A stretch of DNA of 64,000 bases, from positions 256,001 through 320,000 of the forward strand of contig CAWEMM010000002.1 of the NCBI GenBank assembly GCA_963810095.1, written 5' to 3'. The stretch is from an uncultured Chloroflexia bacterium (GTDB lineage: Bacteria; Chloroflexota; Anaerolineae; CG2-30-64-16). The position numbers were made by a program, and so were the translations under genes. Shown here piece by piece: positions 18,016 through 26,700 of the stretch. Numbering within the stretch: the first letter of the stretch is position 1; every line of letters begins with the position of its first letter. The notes below the pieces were generated by a model. That model saw nothing but the letters and a program-made list of their open reading frames with translations, was not told where the DNA came from and did no database searches.

Positions 18016-20976
18016 TCAGGGTCCGGCGAGCGGCGACACAGAACGCTTCGACGTGAAAGCGTCGAAGTACATCAGCGTGTTCGTGCCGGTGTTCGTGACC
18101 GAGCCCATGCGTACGGCCCCAACCGCCCCCGTGCTGGTCATGGTCAGCGTCTGCGCCTGCACGCCGTTCACGTAGAGTCGCAGCGTGCCCGGGTTGGGCC
18201 CCCCGCTGCCCACGGCCTGCCACACGACTTCGAGGAAGTTGTTGCTTGTGCCGCCGAGCAGGTTCGTCCAGGTCGAGTTCGTGTTGCTCGTCCCAGCCTG
18301 GATCTGCACCTGCGGCGTCGTCCCCGATAGCCGGTAGCGCACCCGGAACAGCGTGGTGCCGAAGGTGTTCGAGGTCGCGGCGCTCAGGATGTCCTTGCCG
18401 GTCGAGCTGTTGCCGTTCGGCCGGAAGTACATGCGGGCGTCGTAGGTGGCCGATGCCGGATTCGTCGCCGTGCCCCAGTTGTACTGCACGTAATTCGTGT
18501 TGTTGCCCTGGGATTGCAAGCCGTAGGCGCCCACCAGCTTCGCCGTCGTCGTGACGTTCAAGCGGCTCGTGTTGGTGGTGGAGCGGCTGGACCAGGCGCT
18601 GAAGTTGCCGGATTCGAAGCCGTCCGAGAAGATGACGTCGGGCGGCGAGACCGCTAGGGTCGCGGTCCGGATGCCGCTGCTGCCGGTGCTCCAGTTGCCG
18701 GCCGCGTCGCGAATGCGTGCGCTGACGGTGTAGGAGCCCAACGCCAGCGAGCCGACCGGAATGGTGGCCGTCGAGCCGGTGAATTGGGTGCCGCCACCAG
18801 GCGCCGGATTCGTGCTCGTCGGCGGGTTGATCCAGTACTCGCCGCCGGCCACACCCGCACCGCCCGCATTGTCGGCGGCGCCGTTAATCGTGAGGGTGAC
18901 GTTCGTCGCACCCGCGGTCGGATTGGGCGACAGGCTGATGCCCGTGAAGGTCGGCGCGGTCTTGTCGACCAGCAGGACCGTGGTTGCCGTCGGGCCCCAG
19001 TTGCCGGCTGCGTCGCGCCCGTGCACATAGACCGTGTGGTTACCCTGGCTTAGCGCGTTGATCGTCGTCAGCGGCACGTCGGCCGTCGCGGCTTCGGTCT
19101 GGCTGTTGAAGCTGCCGTCGCTGGCCGCGAACGGGAAGCCGGCGCCGTCTGCTCCCAGTGTGTCGATGAACCCTTCGCCGCCTGCGATCGCCGAGGCGGT
19201 GTCGGCCAGGGTCGCGGTGACCCGGACTGCCGGCGTGCTAGAGTTGATGCCGAGCGTCCCGTTGTTCGGGTTCGGCGCCGCCGCAACGCCGCTCGTCGCA
19301 GGCCCGGTCTTGTCGACGATCAAGCTGATCGTCGCGGGCGCACCCACGTTGCCCAGCGCGTCCGTGCTTTGAACCGAAACCGTGTGCGTGCCCGCGCTCA
19401 GCGTCGTGGCGTCGATCGTGGCCGTCAGGCTGGCCACCGGCGCCGAGCTCGTGTTGAGCGTCATGGCGCTGGCGGCGCCGCCGTCAATCTTGTATTGCGC
19501 CGAGGCGATGCTGCTGCCGCCGCTGGCGCTGTCGTCCGCGGTGCCACTCAGCGTCGCGCTGCCCGTGCCGTTGCTCGGGTTCGGCGCCAGCGTCAAACCC
19601 TTCGTCGCCGGTCCCGTCTTGTCGAGGTTCAGCGTCGCAAAGTTGAACGGCCCCCAGTTTCCTGCCGCATCCTGGCCGCGGATGTAGATCGTGTGGTTGC
19701 CGGAAGCCAGCCCGGCGAGGGTGGCGGGGCTCAGACTTGCGGTCACGGCTTCGGCTGCCGAATTGAAGGCTCCGTCGCCGGCCACCATGGCCATCGCCGC
19801 GGCGCCCTGACTGTCGATCCGGTACTCGGCCGCAGTGACGTTCGAGCCGCCGCTGGCTGCGTCGCTTACCGACGCGCTGACGGTGACCGCAATCGAGCCG
19901 TTGGTCGGGTTCGGTGCGAGGCCCGTCGAGGTCGTCGCCGGGCCGGTCGTGTCATTTCCCGGTGGGGTCGCCGTGCCGACGGTCAGGAAGGCGAGCATGC
20001 CGCCGAAGCCGGCCGCACTACTGTTCCTGAGCATCAGATTGGCATCATAGAGCGCAAACTTGCTACCCGCCGTCGCCCCCCCAGGGACGGTCACGATGGC
20101 GTCGGCTGTCTGGCCGGGCCCCAACGTCTCGGCCACCAGCCCGCGGCTCATGGAGAACGGGCTGCCGTCCGTCGCCACCAGCACCTGGTGCAGACCCAGC
20201 ACGCTCATGGAGTGCGGCATGAGGCCCGCGTTGACGAATCGCAGCAGCACCTTGTTGCCCGCCGACGTGGCGATCGCTTCAGTCTGCGGGAACGCCTTCC
20301 CGTTGACCAGGAAGTACTTTGGTGCGAAGTTGCGGATGTCAAACGTGGTCGGGTTCGCATTCAGCGCCGGATCGATCTCGCCCAGCACGACTTGTGCTTC
20401 GTCCGTATAAGCCGTTGACGGGTCCGCGTAAGCCTGGCCCGCACTGGCAGGTCGCACGACGAGGGTCCCGTACAGACCCATCGCCACCTGCCGCGGCTCG
20501 CCGGCCGACAAACCCGCCTCATAGAGGAACGTGCCGGGATTGCTCGCAGTGAAGGAGTAGGTCTTCGACCCGCCCGGCGCCACGCCTGCGGTGTCGGGGA
20601 CCATTTGCTGTCCCTTGAAGAGCAAGCTGGACGGCTCGGCCAAGTTGTTCGTGAGATTGACGGTCACCACGTCACCCTGGTTGACGATGAGCACCGGGCC
20701 CGGCACGCTCGCCGCACTGCCCGCGCTGGAGGCATAGGCCCACACGTTGACGGTTGCCCCGCCCGGCAGAGTCAGCGTGCCCGGCTTCGACCACAAGTTG
20801 CAGGTGGCCGCCCCGCCGGCTGACGTGCAGGGTGTCGCCGGCAGGCCCGCGGCCTCTGAGACGGCGGCCGGCACGGCCGCTAACAACGCGGTTGCCAGCA
20901 ACGCGGCCACCAACAGCAGGAGGCGCGCCGGGAGGCCAGCTCCCATCCCATGCTTGGTACTTGCTAATGCATGCAT
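18016..20976 (-). CDS. Two-domain MCO-like protein lacking Cu ligands + 4 Ig-like repeats + C-terminal beta-sandwich (subunit C)
   Basis: Sec signal; cupredoxin scaffold motifs PGPVLIVNQGD, PGTFLY, MGLYGTLVV, NGKAFP; ligand positions replaced (SLLFKG, LYEAG, HSMSVLG, LYDAN); DxTGP...DAAGNW repeats; IFSDGFESG. Confidence 0.85.
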   Translation of the reverse strand: MHALASTKHGMGAGLPARLLLLVAALLATALLAAVPAAVSEAAGLPATPCTSAGGAATCNLWSKPGTLTLPGGATVNVWAYASSAGSAASVPGPVLIVNQGDVVTVNLTNNLAEPSSLLFKGQQMVPDTAGVAPGGSKTYSFTASNPGTFLYEAGLSAGEPRQVAMGLYGTLVVRPASAGQAYADPSTAYTDEAQVVLGEIDPALNANPTTFDIRNFAPKYFLVNGKAFPQTEAIATSAGNKVLLRFVNAGLMPHSMSVLGLHQVLVATDGSPFSMSRGLVAETLGPGQTADAIVTVPGGATAGSKFALYDANLMLRNSSAAGFGGMLAFLTVGTATPPGNDTTGPATTSTGLAPNPTNGSIAVTVSASVSDAASGGSNVTAAEYRIDSQGAAAMAMVAGDGAFNSAAEAVTASLSPATLAGLASGNHTIYIRGQDAAGNWGPFNFATLNLDKTGPATKGLTLAPNPSNGTGSATLSGTADDSASGGSSIASAQYKIDGGAASAMTLNTSSAPVASLTATIDATTLSAGTHTVSVQSTDALGNVGAPATISLIVDKTGPATSGVAAAPNPNNGTLGINSSTPAVRVTATLADTASAIAGGEGFIDTLGADGAGFPFAASDGSFNSQTEAATADVPLTTINALSQGNHTVYVHGRDAAGNWGPTATTVLLVDKTAPTFTGISLSPNPTAGATNVTLTINGAADNAGGAGVAGGEYWINPPTSTNPAPGGGTQFTGSTATIPVGSLALGSYTVSARIRDAAGNWSTGSSGIRTATLAVSPPDVIFSDGFESGNFSAWSSRSTTNTSRLNVTTTAKLVGAYGLQSQGNNTNYVQYNWGTATNPASATYDARMYFRPNGNSSTGKDILSAATSNTFGTTLFRVRYRLSGTTPQVQIQAGTSNTNSTWTNLLGGTSNNFLEVVWQAVGSGGPNPGTLRLYVNGVQAQTLTMTSTGAVGAVRMGSVTNTGTNTLMYFDAFTSKRSVSPLAGP

Positions 20977-21009
20977 GTCATTCTCCTTGTTTCCTGCTTG
21001 TCAGGCCGC

Positions 21010-22314
21010 TCAGGGGCAATTGTTGGGCGCGGGCGGGTCGATACGCAGGTATGTGATCGGCCCGGTCATCGTCACGCCCCATGATGTGATCTGATACAGC
21101 GCATGGTTGTGCGCGATGATGTAGTATTCGCCGCACTGGTTCAACGTCGATTGGCCGGGCGGCATGGGCCCCGTCTTTCCGAGATACGGACTGCCCCCGT
21201 AGAACATGCCATAGACCATGTTGGCCATGTTGGGCACCGTCACCGGAACCGGATTGGTCGCCTCGTCGTAACGCTCCGCGTCATACCACTTGAAGACGAC
21301 GTCCCAGGTCTGGCCCGGCCCGATGTTGATGGCAAACTTCTCGAACGACATATCCTGGCCGGTCGGGCCGGCCAGCGGCTGCCCGTCGCGGCCGATGACC
21401 AGGCCGTTGTTGCCGTGCGGGTGGAACGGGTATTCCTCCGTGCCGACGTTCAGGTAGCGGATGGCGCCGGGCAGGGGATGCGTCGTCGCGTCAAAACCCT
21501 TGACGCGTGCCAGCGCTCCGTACGGCTGGGCCGGCAGCCAGTCGGCGTAGTTGTCCGCAATGCTATCGGGGAAGCCGCGGCCGTTGATGAGCCAGTAGCG
21601 AGGCTTGTAATTGTTGAGGTTGAAGCTCTTGCCCTGCTCCGCGGCCTGGTGCTGGTACGGGTCGATTTCGGACAGGAGAACGAGGAACTCCTCGCCCGGC
21701 GTAAACTGGCTGTCCGCCCGGTTGTACATGAAGTTCGCGCCCATGCTGGGCCGCACGATCAACGCGCCGAACAGCCCCATGCCCACCTGCTTGCGAGGGT
21801 TGGTGCCGCTCTCGTAGATGTACGTGCCGGGATTGGCGGCGACAAAGCTATACGTGATGCTCCCGCCGTTCTTGGCCGCCACGTTGGTCAGCGAGGTCAG
21901 CGCGCCGCCCGCATCAAACTGCGGCTGGGCGGCCGCGCCGTTGGCCTGCACGTTCTCCTGGCCAGGGAACATGATCGAAGCATCTTCCGAAAGGTTGTTT
22001 TGCAACGTCACCGTCACCGTATCGCCCTGGTTGACGCAGAGCACCGGTCCGGGGTGTTGGAAGGGCTTGCCGCCCTCCGAGTAACCCCACATGAACATGG
22101 TATTGCCGTCGGGCAGGCTGATATAGCCGGTCTGTGCGCTGAGCGTGAAGGTCGGATTCGGGCTCGCGCCTGTCGTGCAGGCGATCCCGACGGTCGGACC
22201 GAGCGCCTGGGCCTGCACGGGCTGCGTCTGCGCCAACGGCGCAATGGACGCCAGCACGGCCACCACCAGCAAGACCGAGCCTCTTCCCATCCATCTGATC
22301 AAAGAGTTTCGCAT
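21010..22314 (-). CDS. Two-domain MCO-like protein with His ligands only in domain 2 (subunit B)
   Basis: Sec-type signal; domain 1 SIMFPG / YIYESG has no His; domain 2 has YPFHPHG and IAHNH; no type 1 Cys. Confidence 0.87.
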   Translation of the reverse strand: MRNSLIRWMGRGSVLLVVAVLASIAPLAQTQPVQAQALGPTVGIACTTGASPNPTFTLSAQTGYISLPDGNTMFMWGYSEGGKPFQHPGPVLCVNQGDTVTVTLQNNLSEDASIMFPGQENVQANGAAAQPQFDAGGALTSLTNVAAKNGGSITYSFVAANPGTYIYESGTNPRKQVGMGLFGALIVRPSMGANFMYNRADSQFTPGEEFLVLLSEIDPYQHQAAEQGKSFNLNNYKPRYWLINGRGFPDSIADNYADWLPAQPYGALARVKGFDATTHPLPGAIRYLNVGTEEYPFHPHGNNGLVIGRDGQPLAGPTGQDMSFEKFAINIGPGQTWDVVFKWYDAERYDEATNPVPVTVPNMANMVYGMFYGGSPYLGKTGPMPPGQSTLNQCGEYYIIAHNHALYQITSWGVTMTGPITYLRIDPPAPNNCP

Positions 22315-22349
22315 CGTGTCGCTCCTTATGCCATGACCCGCACGCCCGG

Positions 22350-23714
22350 TTACGTGTTGGGAATCGACTGCTGCGCCAGCGCGCCGGACGGATATACCCG
22401 CACCTCTGTGCGCTGCCCGCCAAACCCGCCGTCGGCAAGGTTGTTCGAGCGGGTGAGCTGGCGGTTGTAGAGCACGTAGGTATCGAAGGCGCCCGGCCCG
22501 CGGTAGGGCGGCGCATCGAAAATCACGTCGAAGCTCTCACCCGCGCCCATCGTGATAGTGTCGGTCAGGTACTGCGTGTTCGTGCCGTCGCGGCCGCGCA
22601 TCAGCGTGGCGTCCCGCCCCACGACCCGCATCTTGATCCCCGGCAGCGTCATGCTGGCTTCCTTGAAGCCCAGGTTGGCAAACCGGAGCAGCACCCGCTC
22701 GCCGGCATTGCAGTTGACCAGCGCCGAGAGCGGCTGATATTTCAACCGGTCGTACCCGGCCGGCGGAATGAGGTCGCCGTCGGCATCGCGCACGGGGTTG
22801 AAAGGATCGATCGAGCCGTTGGGTGCCAGCGTGTCGGGATAGACTCGACCGTTCAGCATCGCGAAGTCGGCCCGGTAGTCGCTCCATTCGGGCAACTGGA
22901 TGTGTGCGTCGGCCCAGTGCGCCTCGGCCCACACCTCGCTCAGGAACATCGCGAACTCGCGATCAAACCCGGTCGACCCGTCCCCGTCGTTGTACGCATA
23001 CTTGCCGCTCGGATAGAACGCCGTGTTCCCGTCCTGCAGCGGCCGCACGAATACCAGGCCGGTCATGCCCATGTGCACATGCTCCACGTCCTCGACGTGG
23101 CAGTGATACATGTACGTCCCCGGGTCGCGCGGCCGGTAGACATAGGTGAACTCGGTGCCCGCGGGCACCGACACGGAGCCCGTCGGTTCGCCATCGAAGA
23201 ACGGGATGACGTTGCGGAAACCATGCCAGTGCAGCGTATGCGCATCGAACAGGTCGGGGCGCTGCGCCAACCCCAGGTTGGTGATCTTGACCCGAAAGTC
23301 CTTCGGCGCGGCCGGATCGAACTGCTTGGCCCAGAAGATCGGCGCGTTGTGCTGCGCCTTGTTCTTCTGGTTCGACCGCTGCTGATCGGTCAGCCCGGTG
23401 ATGTTCCGGAAGCCGAAGATATAGGTCGTGAACGGCGGGGGCGCATACGGGTCGGGATGAACGACTTTGCCGTCCCACGTGATTTGCGGCGTCGGCGGCA
23501 GGTAAATCCAGCCGTCGGTGCCGCCGAAGAACAAGTCAGGCGGCGCATCCTGCGCCTGGGCCACGCCTTCGGGCAGCAGCACCCGGCGCAGCGCCGGCGA
23601 GGCGAGCGCCCGCGGGGCCAGCGCCGCACCAGCAGTCAGCGCGGCCGCGCCCCCTGCGAGCTTCAGGAAGTCCCGGCGGCCGAGACGACGAGAGAACGAT
23701 TCCCTGCTCATCAA
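22350..23714 (-). CDS. Tat-exported two-domain MCO with type 1 site and His ligands only in domain 1 (subunit A)
   Basis: Tat motif GRRDFLK; AHTLHWHG and YHCHVEDVEHVHMGM; domain 2 ASMTLPG / VLYNRQ lacks His. Confidence 0.92.
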   Translation of the reverse strand: MMSRESFSRRLGRRDFLKLAGGAAALTAGAALAPRALASPALRRVLLPEGVAQAQDAPPDLFFGGTDGWIYLPPTPQITWDGKVVHPDPYAPPPFTTYIFGFRNITGLTDQQRSNQKNKAQHNAPIFWAKQFDPAAPKDFRVKITNLGLAQRPDLFDAHTLHWHGFRNVIPFFDGEPTGSVSVPAGTEFTYVYRPRDPGTYMYHCHVEDVEHVHMGMTGLVFVRPLQDGNTAFYPSGKYAYNDGDGSTGFDREFAMFLSEVWAEAHWADAHIQLPEWSDYRADFAMLNGRVYPDTLAPNGSIDPFNPVRDADGDLIPPAGYDRLKYQPLSALVNCNAGERVLLRFANLGFKEASMTLPGIKMRVVGRDATLMRGRDGTNTQYLTDTITMGAGESFDVIFDAPPYRGPGAFDTYVLYNRQLTRSNNLADGGFGGQRTEVRVYPSGALAQQSIPNT

Positions 23715-23745
23715 TACATCTCCTTGAACTGCGCTCCAGAGTAGG

Positions 23746-23769
23746 GGGGCCGGCCCGCGGGCCGGCCCC
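23746..23769. terminator. GC-rich hairpin between the giant gene and MCO subunit A
   Basis: ggggccggccc gc gggccggcccc. Confidence 0.45.
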
Positions 23770-23787
23770 GACTAGTTCCTACGATTG

Positions 23788-26700
23788 TCAGGGCAGCAGC
23801 GTGTCGCCGCGGAAGTCGTCGACCCGTGCATTCGCCGGCAGCTGGATGCCGATCCGGCCGGTGCCAGTGAAGCCGGTGCCTGCGGCCCGGCCGACAAACG
23901 CGCCGTTCTTGAAGACGGCCACGCTACCATCGGCGTAGGCGGCTGCAGCCAGCGTATCGCCTGTCACGAAGGCCGCGGTCATCGTTTGGCCACGTGTCGT
24001 GTAGCTCAGCCCTCCGTTCGTTGTCGTCGCAACAGTGAGCTGACCGCCGCCGGTGGTCTGGTACTGCACCCGGATGAAGTTGGTCGGCAGCGTCGCGCTG
24101 CTGCCAGTCACCTTGAGCACCAGGCCAGAGCCGCCGGCCGGCGCGTTGGCGAACGTGAACGCGACCGCTTGCCCTGCGCCAAACCCGGTGGTCGGCACGT
24201 TCCAGAACGCGGCGCCGAGGACGCTGGCGAACGCCTGGTTGCTGTTCACGCGGATCGCCGCCGAGCCGAACGCGGTCACCTGGCTCCAGTTGTTGCCCAG
24301 CGTGTTCGCGTTGGTCCGGTTGAAGTTGTCACGGACCGTCAGCGCCGGCAGCGTGGGCGTGGTCAGCGCCAACGTGTCGGTGGCGCTGTTGTTCGCCGTG
24401 TTCGGGTCGATCGCGTTCGCCGGCAGCGTCACGGTCGCAGTGTTCACCACTGAGCCGCTGGCGTTATAGGCCAGGGTGGCGTTGGCGGTGAAGGTAACCG
24501 AGCCGCCCGCGGGCAGGTTCACGCTGCTGTTGATCGAAGCCGAGCCGCTAGCCGCGCTGCACGCAGCGCCCCCGGCGGCCGTGCAGGTCCAGCTCACGCC
24601 CGTCACCGCCGCGGGGAAGCCGTCCGTGACCGTCGCCCCGTTGATCGCGTTCGGCCCCGCGTTGGCTGCCCGGATGGTGTAGATCACCGTGTCGCCCGGC
24701 TGCGCGGTCGAGGGGCTGTGCGTCTTGGTGATGCTCAGGTCGCCCGAAGCGAGTTGCGGCAACTCGTCCGCACCCGAGTCGTAGCCGGCGCCGGCGGGCC
24801 GCAAGTCGTTGTCGAAGTCAAACGCCGGCGCGTTCACCCCCGTCTTCGAGGCCGCGCCCGCGTCCTTCGCCGGTGACGTGTTGGTCAGGTGGTAGTTGCC
24901 CAGCAGGGTCGGCGGCAGGTCGGCCGCAACCATGATCGGGGCCACGAAGTTCGGGTTGTTGCGCCAGACGTTGAACGCGACCGAGAGGTCGAAAGTGGTC
25001 TGCACGGCCGGGTCGACGATCTGGTTCGTGGGCGACGCGATCGTGCCTGTGGTGGTCTGCAGCAGCGAATTGGTCGGCGACACCTGGCCGAAGCCATCCG
25101 CGACGCCCAGATCCCAGTTGTAGATGTCGCCCGCGCCGCCAATGCCTAGCCCGGTCACCGAGCCCCCGGCACGCGTGCCGGCCCGGTTGTCCCAGAAGAT
25201 GTTGTTGAACAGCAGCGGGTTGCTGAAGGCGGGCGAGCCCGCAGGCAGGGTGGCCTGCAACTGGTCGCTGTTCAGCGAGGTGGACAGGCCCGCAGGCGCC
25301 GGTTGTCCGTTGCTGGTGACCGCGGTCGCCGTGGTCAGGTTCTTCATGAACGTGTTGTTGTAGACTCGCACCTGGGGTGCATCGTTGATGCCGATGCCGC
25401 CGCCTTCGTGGGTGGAGACGTTGTTCACGATCATGTTGTTGTACACGTTCATCGGGAAGTTGCCGGCCATCAGGAAGCGCAGGCCGCCGCCGTCGTCGTT
25501 GCCCAGGTTCGCCTGGATCAGGTTGTTGTAGATGTCCACCGGGCCAGAGCCGGGCGACAGGGTGGCCGGATTCGCGGGGAGTTGACCCGCGATCATGATC
25601 CCGCCGCCTTCGTCGTAGGACTGGTTGAAGTAGATCCGGTTGTGGTGGATCTTGCCGCTTGGGCTGTAGCCATAGACGCTCAGCGCGCCGCCGTACTCGG
25701 CCGAGAAGTTGCCGCACAGGTCGTTGTTCGCGACCTCGTAGTTGTCGGCCCCCGCAAAGAGCCCGATACCGCCGGCCAGGTTCGTGCCGCCGTTGTGGAT
25801 GATCCGGTTGTTGGCGATGCGGACGTTCTCGTTGTGCTGGTTTGTATCCGGCGCAGGCAGGTCAGGCGTGCCGAGGCGGATGGTGCCATAGGCGCCGCCG
25901 TTGTTCTCGATCACGTTGTTCGTGATCTGCAGGTACCTGACGTATGCGTTGGCAAAGATCGCACCGCCCTGGGTCTCCACCGCCGGAGGCTGACCGGTTG
26001 CGCCGCCGCCAATCTGGTTGATGTTGTTCGGGAAGCCCATCTGATCGCCGCCGCGGATGTCAAACCCGTCGATGGAGGCCCTGAACGAGTTGCCGAACTG
26101 GTTGACGTTCGCCAGCAGATAGATCCCTGCGCCTTCGTACACGTTCTGGTTGCCGGCCCACGACAGCGTGGCGATCTTCGCACGCCACGCGTCGGCCAAT
26201 GCCGTGTCGCCGCCGAAGGCGCCCGCGTCGATGATCGAGCCGGGGACGAAGGTCGTGCCCTGGAAGCCGCCGGGACCCACGCCCTGCAGCTTGATTGGGT
26301 TCGAGACGATCAGGTTCTCGTAGTACGCGCCGCGTGGGTTATTGCGCGGATTCGTCAGGTCCGGCTGGCCGGGATAGACGACCACCAGGCCGCCCCGGTA
26401 GTTGCCGGGCGCCGCGTCATCGGCTGCACTCTTGTCGATCGCGGCCTGGATCGTGGCGAAGGCCTTGCCCGGCCCCACCTCGTAGACCACCGGGTTGTAG
26501 GTGCCGGCGATGATGTGCATGGTCAAGCCGTTGACGGTGCTCTGGCCGTTGTTGGCCGTGACGGCCAGTTGATGCGGGCCGCCGAAGTTGCCGGGAATGC
26601 TCGACGGCACCCGGACGACGATCTGCGTGTCCGACCAACTGGTGACGGACAGCGCCGTGTTTCCGTCCAGCGTCACCTTGCTCTTGCTGCCCTGGGCTCC

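Noticed and set aside
22350-23714. Copper nitrite reductase (nirK) call
   Set aside because: It has MCO-type HxxHxH and HCH motifs and lacks the domain 2 His required for the NirK type 2 site.
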